This document shows, piece after piece, positions 18,937-28,246 of a stretch of DNA of 64,000 bases (positions are counted from its first letter, which is position 1; each line of letters begins with the position of its first letter). Source of the stretch: an uncultured Gallionellaceae bacterium (GTDB taxonomy: Bacteria; Pseudomonadota; Gammaproteobacteria; Burkholderiales; Gallionellaceae). The translations under genes were made by a program, and so were the position numbers. The stretch spans positions 5,464 through 69,463 of the forward strand of contig CAYZPM010000019.1 in the NCBI GenBank assembly GCA_964480365.1, in the 5' to 3' direction. A model generated the notes under the pieces. The model was not told the origin of the DNA, made no database searches, and saw nothing but the letters and a program-made list of their open reading frames with translations.

Positions 18937-19110
18937 TTCCCACGCAGGCGGAAATCCAGATGATTGAACAATCCCGCGTAGCGGGACAACATCGTGGTTT
19001 TGTCCGCTACGCGGGATGTTTAACCTTGCTGGATTCCCGCCTGCGCGGGATAACCAGCCACTTGCCCCGTATTTTGGGGCTTAGTGGATTGGCTAGTAGT
19101 TCCATCAATG
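18937..19110. repeat. composite REP-like element: nested inverted repeats plus one copy of the dispersed repeat
   Basis: Outer arms are TTCCCACGCAGGCGGAAATCCAG (18937-18959) and CTGGATTCCCGCCTGCGCGGGA (19029-19050). Inner arms are AATCCCGCGTAGCGGGACAA and TTGTCCGCTACGCGGGAT. The ATTCCCGC-N4-GCGGGAT unit resembles Neisseria dRS3-type repeats. Followed by GATAACCAGCCACTTG...CTTAGTGGATTGGCTAGTAGTT. Confidence 0.75.
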
Positions 19111-19132
19111 ACGGATTAACGGATTATCTGAA

Positions 19133-19660
19133 TTGAACAAAAAACCGGAACTGCCCTCCCCTCCTGATGCCGATCTATTCTGGCAGGCACTGGATGGCGT
19201 CGTTCCCTTGGCGCCATCCAACCGCGTAACCCCCTCAGCGCCACCGCGCCGCGCCCCGATTCACAGTACCAGCCCGCCCCCCATTGCCGACACCTTATCC
19301 GACCACGGTGCCGGAGATGAACCACTGACCGAATTTCTGCGTCCCGGCATCTCACGCATGATTTTGCGCAAGCTGCGGCGCGGACAAATCCCGCTACAGG
19401 ACCGCCTTGACCTCCACGGCCTCAACAGTGATGAAGCACGCCTTCTGCTGCTGGAATTCCTGCGCCATGCGACGCAGCACGACCTGCGCCATGTGTGTGT
19501 AATCCACGGCAAGGGATGGCATACGGACGGCGGTGAGGGGATATTGAAAATCCGCACGCGGCACTGGCTGACCCAATGCCCGGAAGTGCTGGCGTTCTGC
19601 GAAGCACCGCCGAATGCGGGTGGCGGCGGCGCTGTTCTGGTGCTACTGAAAAACATGTAA
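19133..19660 (+). CDS. Smr/MutS2-family (Smr domain) protein
   Basis: C-terminal Smr domain LDLHGLNSDEARLLLLEFL...VCVIHGKG. TTG start as given by the ORF track. Confidence 0.8.
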   Translation: MNKKPELPSPPDADLFWQALDGVVPLAPSNRVTPSAPPRRAPIHSTSPPPIADTLSDHGAGDEPLTEFLRPGISRMILRKLRRGQIPLQDRLDLHGLNSDEARLLLLEFLRHATQHDLRHVCVIHGKGWHTDGGEGILKIRTRHWLTQCPEVLAFCEAPPNAGGGGAVLVLLKNM

Positions 19661-19903
19661 CGGTCATTCCCCGGCAACGAAGTTGCACGAACCTATAACT
19701 GTGGCGAGAGGTTCAAATTGTATTCAATCACAGATTTCACGCTGCCAGAAAACAGTCGTTCGTCAGTATCTGCTTTCGACCCGAAGCGGACAGTGGCATT
19801 TCCCCAAAACAGACCGTCAGCGGTGCGGAACTGCGTTAACAACACGGAGTGACAGGTTGCTTGGCCCGCTACAACTTCATGTTACGCGCCTACTTCCATT
19901 TGC

Positions 19904-20653
19904 CTATCCGAACGCATGAGCAAACAGCTCTACGGGTTTGACGAACATAACATTCAGGTTCTGATTACATTCCGAGATGATGCCAGCAAACCTAAAAGTC
20001 ACAATCTCGTTCGTGGAAGATATCACGAACACTGGCCCCCCGCTCATACCTCCGATTTCAGCGGGCGGCGCAGCAGGTGTCAATGAAGTGATCAGACTTT
20101 CATTGTGGTTGATGTTCACAATTATGTTTCGGTCAGTAGTATCCTCTACGATCGAAGCACCAGAACTAAACGTATGAAAATGCACTTCGTTCGTTGCGAC
20201 TTGAACTCTAAATGCACCTGGATAACCGCCGAAAGCTACAGCCTTACCTCTCCGATCCGAATGTTCAATATCTCCTAATTCGTAAAATTCGGTTGGCACG
20301 TCACCGAACATATTGAAATCTGCCTCTCTATAATCCGAGAAATCTAAAACACAAGCATCCGCAGAATCATCGTCAAAAAGCACCCTATTGGTAACGGCAT
20401 CAACGTTAAGGCCTCCTACCTGTAGTGTCACGCCTTCTTCAGATTCTTGTCTCGCGTAGAACGCCGAAAGTACGTGGTGATTTGTAACTACAAATAATCT
20501 GTTATCACGCTTTAGGAGAGTTGCGGTACCGTTGTTTATCTTAGATTCGGGGCGAGAAGGATTGCCAAAGTAGAAAGGGGCTGAACAAATCATTGGAAAC
20601 TCGGCGAGGTAATTCGCAAGTTTTTTATCCTGGGGAGTCAAGTCGAGCTTCAT
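19904..20653 (-). CDS. trypsin-like (S1/Trypsin_2) serine protease without signal peptide
   Basis: Catalytic triad contexts VVTNHHVL (His), SADACVLDF (Asp) and IGGMSGGPVF (Ser). No N-terminal hydrophobic signal. AT-richer gene. Confidence 0.7.
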   Translation of the reverse strand: MKLDLTPQDKKLANYLAEFPMICSAPFYFGNPSRPESKINNGTATLLKRDNRLFVVTNHHVLSAFYARQESEEGVTLQVGGLNVDAVTNRVLFDDDSADACVLDFSDYREADFNMFGDVPTEFYELGDIEHSDRRGKAVAFGGYPGAFRVQVATNEVHFHTFSSGASIVEDTTDRNIIVNINHNESLITSLTPAAPPAEIGGMSGGPVFVISSTNEIVTFRFAGIISECNQNLNVMFVKPVELFAHAFG

Positions 20654-20710
20654 GTTGTTCGCTTATCTTGTGCTATATAAAAGCTGTTAACCTTGCGCCG
20701 ATTTTACTGC

Positions 20711-22087
20711 CTAATTTCCTGTATTCACTACCGCGCCATTTGCATCCCTAGTTTGAAAATTGTCGTGGCTGTTTACAACGGCTCCATTTGAATCCCTAGT
20801 CTGGTAGTTGTCCTGGCTATTTACAATGGCGCCATTTGCATCCCGTGTTTGATAGTTGCTTAGGCTATTCACCACGGCACCATTCGCGTCCCTTGTTTGA
20901 TAGCCTTGCTTTAATTGAGAAGACGGCGTTACCCCATAGCTTGGAATCCTCCCAACGCCAGCGCTTGGTGGATCGTACGATGGTGCAGGATGAATATTGC
21001 CGAGACCACCCAAGATGCCTAGAAGTAAAACTGTTCCCAAGCCGGGGCCATTGTCTTGTTGTTGAGCTTGCTCTTGCTGCTGTTGCATCAAATGTGGCTC
21101 GCCATTTGTGTAGGAGCCAACAATATCGCCACTAGCATTAACCTTAATGCCATATGAAAGTTTGTCATCCACAAAATCACCTTCGAAGTGATCCCCATCT
21201 TTCCAAGTATAAATACCTTTCCCACTCATTTTTCCATTTACTAAAGCTCCTACATAACGATCCCCATTTTTCCATGTCTTTGTGCCGCTACCATTTGGCT
21301 GGTTATTAATCCAGTTTCCTTCATAGCGCTCCCCAGTTGCCCATACATAGACTCCCTTACCAGATCGCATGCCATTTACTAGAATTCCTTCGTAGTGATC
21401 CCCGTTTGTATACGTTTGAACACCATAGACAGGTCCATGTAATTTTTGTGCGGCAAGTTGTTCATCCGCTAATTTCTTGGCCTGGACAATATCACTACGG
21501 CAATTGATATACCCATGGGAACTCGGTCGATAGCCTTTGCCTTTACAGGTAATATCATCTGCAGAACCATCGCCTTCTTTAGCTAGACTAGCTAAGTTTT
21601 TTTCTTTAAGATCGTTGAGCGCCTGTTCCGCAGCTGGAATATCACCAGAATTTAAAAGTTTTTTCGCAGCCTCCAATTTTTCGTGTGCGGACTCATAAAC
21701 TATGTGGTTATTGTACGCATACACTTCGCAATCACTTCCGCCTTGGGGGTGAGCACCCTCACATGAGGCAATGGCTTTTTTTTCTGCTTCTTCCCAAGTA
21801 CCAATTTTTCGTGTCCACGTACAATTAAACTTGCCGTTAACAAACACACCCTCTTTAAATTTAGCTGATGGCGCAGGTTGATACCCATCTTTACCGTTTA
21901 TCGCTTCTTTAAGGAAATAACCAAGGCACTCACCATGTAAATCTTTTTGTGCTCGCTGCTTAACTTCGTCTGTGAGCACCGTTGTGTGTTCCATCGTGGC
22001 AATATTTTTTTCTTGCGCTAGTACGGTGGAGGAAATGGATAGAAAAACTGATGCTAGAGCTATGATGCGGAGACGCGGTACTTTCAT
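20711..22087 (-). CDS. secreted MORN-repeat protein with Cys-containing N-terminal domain, Q-rich linker, hydrophobic segment and tandem-repeat tail
   Basis: Start MKVPRLRIIALASVFLSISSTVLA follows a GAGG RBS. MORN units YEGILVNGMRSGKGVY, YEGNWINNQPNGSGT, YVGALVNGKMSGKGIY and FEGDFVDDKLSYG. Then QQQQEQAQQQ and LGTVLLLGILGGLG, then four YQTRDANGAVVNSxxN units. Confidence 0.75.
   Translation of the reverse strand: MKVPRLRIIALASVFLSISSTVLAQEKNIATMEHTTVLTDEVKQRAQKDLHGECLGYFLKEAINGKDGYQPAPSAKFKEGVFVNGKFNCTWTRKIGTWEEAEKKAIASCEGAHPQGGSDCEVYAYNNHIVYESAHEKLEAAKKLLNSGDIPAAEQALNDLKEKNLASLAKEGDGSADDITCKGKGYRPSSHGYINCRSDIVQAKKLADEQLAAQKLHGPVYGVQTYTNGDHYEGILVNGMRSGKGVYVWATGERYEGNWINNQPNGSGTKTWKNGDRYVGALVNGKMSGKGIYTWKDGDHFEGDFVDDKLSYGIKVNASGDIVGSYTNGEPHLMQQQQEQAQQQDNGPGLGTVLLLGILGGLGNIHPAPSYDPPSAGVGRIPSYGVTPSSQLKQGYQTRDANGAVVNSLSNYQTRDANGAIVNSQDNYQTRDSNGAVVNSHDNFQTRDANGAVVNTGN
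20714..20902 (-). repeat. 48-bp tandem repeat (about 4 units) encoding (Y/F)QTRD(A/S)NGA(V/I)VN(S/T)xxN
   Basis: Four consecutive 48-nt units readable directly in the DNA, forming the last 63 codons of the MORN gene. Units differ at a few positions. Confidence 0.85.
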
Positions 22088-22336
22088 GGCAAACCTCACA
22101 GGAAGTGGGTTGAATCAGCACAAAAATTTGAGTGCAGGCTACGCTCATACTACCCAGCAAGCAATAGGCAGAATTATCTAGGCAATCTCATGGAGCCTAT
22201 TGGCGACAGTCCGCTTCTGGCACAAAGCGGAACGTCGATTCTTGCAACAGCCTCCCTTGCAAGCAGCCCTTAGAGTTTTGTTTTCAGGTGATTTATTCAG
22301 GCTGTCGGCAATGTGGCTCACTTAAGAAAAATTCCA

Positions 22337-22405
22337 TTCGCCCTGAGCTTGTCGAAGGGTTTGATTCCGAAGCGCATGTGGTTCGACAAGCTCACCACGA
22401 ACGGT
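22337..22405. repeat. palindromic REP-like element (SLSKG...FDKLTTNG type)
   Basis: Perfect 12-bp arms GAGCTTGTCGAA (22345-22356) and TTCGACAAGCTC (22382-22393). Its translation PFALSLSKG...WFDKLTTNG is the motif commonly produced by a widespread proteobacterial intergenic repeat. Confidence 0.7.
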
Positions 22406-22423
22406 CTAATGGATTATTTGAAA

Positions 22424-22996
22424 TTAACCCATAACTCCAATTCGCCTAAGTTCGAAGTAACATTTCGAACAAGCTCGGACATCAGCAAGGGCGTTGTGGG
22501 CGTTATCAAAACTTTCCCTAAAAAGCTTCTTGTATAGCTCCTGCAATTTTGGCCACTTATTGCCGTAAGGCCCCGGAATCTTGCAGTAGTCCGTTGATGA
22601 CTGCATCGTGCATTTTTTCGGTTTTCCATCAATATGGTTGGAATGGCCCATGCGCAAAAACTCAGCGCCGAGTATCTTTTCGTCAAACTGCATATTGTGG
22701 GCAATCAAAGTTACGGCTTTAGAAATATCCACCGTTATTTCTTCGAGAACGGGCTTCAACTCGACACCCGACTGGCTGGCAATTTCGGTAGTAATTCCGT
22801 GTATCTTGGCTGCGTCCGCTGGAATCGAAAATCCATTGGGTTTGATAATGTACTCAGCACTCTTGATTTCATTTCCACTTTTGTCAGTGACCAACCATGC
22901 AATTTGCACCAGCCGTGGCCAGTTATTAAGATCCGAAACCGGCGCCTTGTAGTTTTTAGGTATCCCGGTCGTTTCTGTGTCAAAAAACAAATACAT
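22424..22996 (-). CDS. DEDDh-family 3'-5' exonuclease (DnaQ/epsilon-like domain only)
   Basis: Exo I is LFFDTETTGIP, Exo II is LIAHNMQFDEKIL, Exo III is HNALADVRACSKCY. 190 aa stand-alone domain. Confidence 0.8.
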   Translation of the reverse strand: MYLFFDTETTGIPKNYKAPVSDLNNWPRLVQIAWLVTDKSGNEIKSAEYIIKPNGFSIPADAAKIHGITTEIASQSGVELKPVLEEITVDISKAVTLIAHNMQFDEKILGAEFLRMGHSNHIDGKPKKCTMQSSTDYCKIPGPYGNKWPKLQELYKKLFRESFDNAHNALADVRACSKCYFELRRIGVMG

Positions 22997-23029
22997 GTGG
23001 CTCTCTGATGTTGCCTAACGAAGCAGTTG

Positions 23030-23407
<378 letters not shown>

Positions 23408-23410
23408 CTA

Positions 23411-23440
23411 ACGGTCATGAGAAACATACCCCATGACCGT
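23411..23440 (-). terminator. hairpin downstream of nadE
   Basis: 9-bp arms ACGGTCATG and CATGACCGT with a 12-nt loop. Only a modest T-run follows on the minus strand. Confidence 0.45.
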
Positions 23441-23502
23441 TTCCCCTCTCCCGCTTTCCCCGGTGGTGGAGAGAGACAGAGTATCGCTTCACGATGATAA
23501 CG

Positions 23503-25107
23503 TTAAAAATCTTCTTGGTAACGCGCAGTGATTGGATAGCGCCAATCCTTGCCAAAGCTGCGGTCGGTAATGCGCACGCCGACCGGCGACTGACGACGCT
23601 TGTATTCGTTGATGCGGATCAGCTTGACCACGCGCCGCACGTCCGCCTCGGCGTAGCCGCTCGCCACGATCTCGGCGATGGAAAGGTTTTGTTCTACGTA
23701 GCAGGCCATAATTCCGTCCAGCACATCATACGGCGGCAGACTGTCCTGGTCGGTCTGATCCGGCTTCAGTTCGGCGCTAGGCGGGCGCGTAATGATGCGC
23801 TCGGGAATCACGCGCCCCAAACTGTTGCGGTAGTTGGATAAGCGATACACCCAAGTCTTGCTAACATCTTTGAGCACCGCGAAACCGCCCGCCATGTCGC
23901 CGTATAGCGTGCAATAGCCGACCGTCATTTCGGATTTATTGCCGGTGGTAAGCACCAGTGAGCCGGTCTTGTTGGACAGCGCCATCAGCAAATTGCCGCG
24001 TATGCGTGCCTGAATGTTTTCTTCGGTGGCGTCCGGCATCAAGCCTTCGAATTGCTTGTCCAGCGTTGCGAGGTAAGCATCAAACGCAGGCTTGATGTCC
24101 AGCACGTCGTAGCGCACTCCGAGGATGGACGCCATTTCCCGCGCATCGTCCAAGCTGATCTTCGCGGTATAAGGCGAGGGCATCATCACCGCGCGCACTT
24201 TATCCGCCCCCAGCGCATCTACCGCTACAGCCAACGTCAGCGCGGAATCAATACCGCCGGATAGGCCCAGCAGCACGCCGGGGAAACGGTTTTTACCTAT
24301 GTAATCCTTCACCCCCAGGCATAGCGTGCGGTAAATGCTTTCTTCCTGAGTCAGGACAGGCGCAATCTCGCCCGTGACCAATTGTCCGTTGCAAATTTCC
24401 ACAAGCCCCAGCGTCTCCTGAAAGGAAAGCAATTGGTGGGTCAACTTGCCCTGTGCATCCATGGCGAACGAAGCGCCATCGAATACCAACTCATCCTGTC
24501 CGCCCACCAGATTTGCGTACACTACCGCCAACTCGGTTTCAACAATACGGTCGCGGATGGCCTCATAGCGCGACAACTGTTTATCCAGATGATACGGCGA
24601 AGCATTCAACACCAGCAGCACAACTGCACCAGCCTTGCGCGCACGCCGCGCCGCGTGTTCTTCCCAGATGTCAGCGCAGATGTTGATGGCAAACTTGATG
24701 CCCTCCATCTCGAACAGACAAGGCAATTCCCCGTGCTCAAAATAGCGTTCCTCGTCGAACACGCTGTGGTTCGGCAACGCATGCTTGAAATAGGTGGCAA
24801 TGATTTTGCCGTCGCGCAACACCGAGGCAGCGTTATAGTGTTTTTCGCCCACCTGATGCGGATGACCCACCACCACGGTTATGCCATCCACCTGCCACGC
24901 AAGCTCATGCAGTGCCAATTCGCAGGCGCGGTAGAACCCGTCTCGCAGCAACAGGTCTTCCGGCGGATAGCCGCATAGGCCCAACTCTGGAGTAAGCAGC
25001 AGCTTCGCCCCCTGCTGCTTCGCGCGCTCGGCAAAAGCGAGAATTTTTGCGGCGTTGCCAGCCAAGTCGCCGACTGCGCAATTGATTTGTGCTATTGCAA
25101 GTTTCAT
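23503..25107 (-). CDS. nadE: glutamine-dependent NAD+ synthetase
   Basis: N-terminal CN-hydrolase domain (LLLTPELGLCGYPPEDL, ICADIWE). C-terminal NAD synthetase domain (GLSGGIDSAL, TGNKSEMTVGYCTLYGDMAGG). Confidence 0.9.
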   Translation of the reverse strand: MKLAIAQINCAVGDLAGNAAKILAFAERAKQQGAKLLLTPELGLCGYPPEDLLLRDGFYRACELALHELAWQVDGITVVVGHPHQVGEKHYNAASVLRDGKIIATYFKHALPNHSVFDEERYFEHGELPCLFEMEGIKFAINICADIWEEHAARRARKAGAVVLLVLNASPYHLDKQLSRYEAIRDRIVETELAVVYANLVGGQDELVFDGASFAMDAQGKLTHQLLSFQETLGLVEICNGQLVTGEIAPVLTQEESIYRTLCLGVKDYIGKNRFPGVLLGLSGGIDSALTLAVAVDALGADKVRAVMMPSPYTAKISLDDAREMASILGVRYDVLDIKPAFDAYLATLDKQFEGLMPDATEENIQARIRGNLLMALSNKTGSLVLTTGNKSEMTVGYCTLYGDMAGGFAVLKDVSKTWVYRLSNYRNSLGRVIPERIITRPPSAELKPDQTDQDSLPPYDVLDGIMACYVEQNLSIAEIVASGYAEADVRRVVKLIRINEYKRRQSPVGVRITDRSFGKDWRYPITARYQEDF

Positions 25108-25164
25108 TCTAAATCTGCAATCAAGTTTAACAACGAACGCACATCATACCAATCCTGCAGGCAA

Positions 25165-25194
25165 CAAAAAAGCGGGCCACGCCCGCTTTTCTGT
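25165..25194 (-). terminator. rho-independent terminator after the OmpA-family gene
   Basis: AGCGGGC-cac-GCCCGCT stem flanked by an A-run and T-run. On the minus strand the stem is followed by TTTTTTGTTG. Confidence 0.7.
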
Positions 25195-25207
25195 TTCACC
25201 GCATAAC

Positions 25208-25882
25208 TTATTCAGTTACGCGGACTTTACTTTCTTCCTTGATGACATAACGCACTTCAACGCGACGGTTGGCTGCGCGGCCTGCCTTGGTCTTGTTGTC
25301 TGCGATCGGCTGAGTATCGGAATAACCAGCGGTGCTAATACGGTCTGCCGCCACGCCATGCTTCACCAGCCATGCCTTCACGGCAGCAGCGCGATGCTCA
25401 GACAACTTCTGGTTAATCGCCTTCTTGCCACGATTATCGGTATGACCGCTCACCTCCAGTTTCACTTCGGGATATTGCTTGGCGGCATTCACCACTTCGT
25501 TCAGCTTCACGTCTGCCGTCTTCAACAGCTTGGCGGAATTGGTTGCGAAGTTCGCCCCCTCAAGATGAACCGGTTTCTCGGTCAAAACCGTTTTCCAACT
25601 TTCCTTGGGCTGCGGTGCAGGTGCGGGGGCGGGCGCTGCCACCGGTACCGGTGCAGGCGCAGGCGCTGCTACAGGCTCAGGCTTCACCGCGACGGCATCA
25701 CATTCTGCAACCGCCATTGCAGGCGTCCAGTAACCAGTATGCCAGCACCCTCCAGAACCATTCTTGACAAGAGGACCATCGACCGCATAGCCATCATTTA
25801 CGAATGTTGCTGCAGATACCGGTGCAACGACCATCGCCGACAGAGCCGTCAGCAAAGCGAATGCTATTGTTCTTTTTTTCAT
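25208..25882 (-). CDS. OmpA-family (OmpA_C-like) outer-membrane/peptidoglycan-associated protein
   Basis: Signal peptide, Ala/Pro-rich linker APAPAPVPVAAPAPAPAPQP, and OmpA_C motifs VSGHTDNRG...NQKLSEHRAAAV...NRRVEV. Confidence 0.85.
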   Translation of the reverse strand: MKKRTIAFALLTALSAMVVAPVSAATFVNDGYAVDGPLVKNGSGGCWHTGYWTPAMAVAECDAVAVKPEPVAAPAPAPVPVAAPAPAPAPQPKESWKTVLTEKPVHLEGANFATNSAKLLKTADVKLNEVVNAAKQYPEVKLEVSGHTDNRGKKAINQKLSEHRAAAVKAWLVKHGVAADRISTAGYSDTQPIADNKTKAGRAANRRVEVRYVIKEESKVRVTE

Positions 25883-26034
25883 GACTGTCCTTTCAGGAAA
25901 ATATTATGTAATTTTTTGCGCCTATTATTTCCGCGCATACAAAATTCCGCATAGGCAAAGACTATCCGCCAATATGGTTGAAGAGCCATTATAAACGATG
26001 CCTCAACTTTCCGTCCAACTCCGCCGGAAGAAAG

Positions 26035-27315
26035 TTATTCCTGGGATATTTCCGGCAAAGCCGCCGGATGGTCGAGTTCGACGCGCTCGATTTTAGCAAA
26101 CTGTTCGGTGATTTTGCGGCTGCTGATTTGCACTTCGTCCACGTCTTTGTTCGCCTGGCGAATGTGCTCGGCGAGTTTTTTCATGCGCTCGTCGAAGCGT
26201 CCGAAGTCTTTGCCCAGCTTGCCCAGTTCATCCTGAATGATGTGCACCTGCTTGCGCGTTTCCACATCTTTCATTACCGCGCGCGCGGTATTCAGCACCG
26301 CCATCAGCGTGGTGGGCGACACAACCCACACCCGCCGTTGCATGGCATAGTCCACTACGTCGGGATGATGCGCATGGATCTCAGCAAACACCGCCTCGGC
26401 GGGAACGAACATCACCGCGCCATCGGAAGTCACACCCGGAATAATGTATTTACTGCTGATATCGTCCACATGTTTTTTGATGTCCGCCTTAAATTGGCGC
26501 GCGGCCAGCATTTTGTCCGACTCAGCCAGACCCGCATCGAACATGCGGTGATAATTTTCCAGCGGAAATTTGGCGTCCACCGCCACCATGCCGGTTGGCT
26601 CCGGCAACATCAACACGCAATCGGCGCGGGTACCATTGGGCAGGGTGTGCTGCAAGTCATAGGATTGCGGCGGCATGATGTTGCGCACCAGTCCTTCCAG
26701 TTGAACTTCTCCAAAAGCCCCGCGCGAGCGCTTGTCGCCCAGCAGTTCCTGCAAACTCACCATATTGGTGGTCAACCCGTCGATTTTTTTCTGCGCCTCG
26801 TCTATGGTGGCGAGACGCGCCATCACGCTGACGAAAGTTTCGTTGGTTTTCTTGAAACCCTCGTCGAGCCGCTCGTTCACCTTGCCGCCGATCAACTCCA
26901 GCCGTCCGTCCATGGTCTTGGATAAAGTTTCGATGCTGCTCGCCAAATGCTGCGTGGCGTTGCGAAAAGAATCCTGAATCAGCTTCTGATCTTCGCGCCC
27001 CTGCTCCGCCAACTTCGCCAGCGTCTGCGCGAGTATCTCGCTGCGCAGGACATCCTGCTTAGCTTGCAGCGCAGTGATCGCCTCGCGCGTGAGACGCAAC
27101 TCCTCGCCCACCGCCGCACGCAAACGCTCGGACTGTTCAGACTGGCTCGCAATCAGCCGGTCGCCCTGTTTGTTCAGGCCATCGTGCAAGTCAGACAGCA
27201 TGGCGCGATGCTGTTGCTCCAGCACCTGCGCAGAACGCGCAGGCAATTTGTACTGCATCGCCAGCAGCGCGACGACCAGCACCAGCGCAGCGACAGTTAA
27301 CGAGATTTCAAGCAT
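26035..27315 (-). CDS. rmuC: DNA recombination protein RmuC
   Basis: N-terminal TM segment, long coiled coil, and C-terminal RmuC nuclease-like region (DCVLMLPEPTGMVAVDAKFPLENY, VMFVPAEAVF). Confidence 0.9.
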   Translation of the reverse strand: MLEISLTVAALVLVVALLAMQYKLPARSAQVLEQQHRAMLSDLHDGLNKQGDRLIASQSEQSERLRAAVGEELRLTREAITALQAKQDVLRSEILAQTLAKLAEQGREDQKLIQDSFRNATQHLASSIETLSKTMDGRLELIGGKVNERLDEGFKKTNETFVSVMARLATIDEAQKKIDGLTTNMVSLQELLGDKRSRGAFGEVQLEGLVRNIMPPQSYDLQHTLPNGTRADCVLMLPEPTGMVAVDAKFPLENYHRMFDAGLAESDKMLAARQFKADIKKHVDDISSKYIIPGVTSDGAVMFVPAEAVFAEIHAHHPDVVDYAMQRRVWVVSPTTLMAVLNTARAVMKDVETRKQVHIIQDELGKLGKDFGRFDERMKKLAEHIRQANKDVDEVQISSRKITEQFAKIERVELDHPAALPEISQE

Positions 27316-27348
27316 GCTTATCCAGCGGGTATTAGTTGAGCAATAAGC

Positions 27349-28143
27349 CTACTTCGCCTTGAACGCATTCGCCAGGAATGCCAAGCCCTCATCCCACGAA
27401 TCCTTGTCTGCCGCCGCGTTGTAGGCCAGCGGCAATTTGAATTCCTTGCCGTATTTGTCGGCTTCCGGGTTGGTGAAGGCATGCTGGGCACCGGGATAGG
27501 TCACGACCTTGAAGTTCACGCCCGCCTTGTCCATTTCCTGACGGAAGGCGGCAACCTGTGTTGCGGGTATCATTGGATCATCCTCACCGGTGAACGATGC
27601 GACGCGCGCTTGCACCTTGCCGGGTTCCGCCGGATGCTCAGTACCCAAGCCTCCATGGAAGCTGACCACGGCCTTGAGCGGTTCGCCGATGCGCGCCATA
27701 TTAAGCACCACCGAGCCACCAAAGCAATAACCGATGGCAGCGATGTTGTCCGCATCCACTGTACTCTCTTGCTTAATTAACTCAAACGCGGCATCGAATC
27801 TGGCTTTGGCAAGTTTGGCATTATTCGCCACTTCGCTGGAAAATTTCTGCGCATCATCCGGATGGTGCGCTTGTTTGCCGTCGCCATACATGTCCAGCGC
27901 CAGTGCGGTATAGCCAAGCTCTGCCAACATGCGGGCGCGCTTGCGCGCGTATTCGTTGTGCCCCCACCATTCATGCACCACCAGAATGCCGGGGCGCTTA
28001 CCTTTCACCGCATCGTCATACGCAACATAACCCTTCAAGGTCGTGCCGTTGGCACTGTAGGTCACTTCCCTGCCCTGCACGGCGGCGTGAGATAGCGAAG
28101 TTGCTGCGAGAAATAACACGATAGTTGCAAGAACAGTTTTCAT
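27349..28143 (-). CDS. dienelactone hydrolase family protein (secreted)
   Basis: Start MKTVLATIVLFLAATSLSHA. DLH motifs GILVVHEWWG and IGYCFGG (nucleophile Cys). The ORF-track extension to 28281 overlaps der and is rejected. Confidence 0.85.
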   Translation of the reverse strand: MKTVLATIVLFLAATSLSHAAVQGREVTYSANGTTLKGYVAYDDAVKGKRPGILVVHEWWGHNEYARKRARMLAELGYTALALDMYGDGKQAHHPDDAQKFSSEVANNAKLAKARFDAAFELIKQESTVDADNIAAIGYCFGGSVVLNMARIGEPLKAVVSFHGGLGTEHPAEPGKVQARVASFTGEDDPMIPATQVAAFRQEMDKAGVNFKVVTYPGAQHAFTNPEADKYGKEFKLPLAYNAAADKDSWDEGLAFLANAFKAK

Positions 28144-28246
28144 GGAAACCTCCAGGCAAGTGAATGAAAGAAGAAGGCGACAACTGCAATTGTAATTCCA
28201 ATCGCGGATGATTATGAAACTACCATAAATATGCGAACAGCAAAGA

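Noticed and set aside
19771-22237. Possible inverted repeats flanking the protease/MORN pair: CGAAGCGGACAGTGGC at about 19779-19796 against the reverse complement of GGCGACAGTCCGCTTCTG at about 22202-22219
   Set aside because: Only about 13 of 15 positions match, and each belongs to motifs (FDPKRT / VRFWHKA-type translations) that I recall as common short intergenic repeats. The right-hand one is itself a hairpin (TCCGCTT...AAGCGGA). This is too short to claim as island borders.
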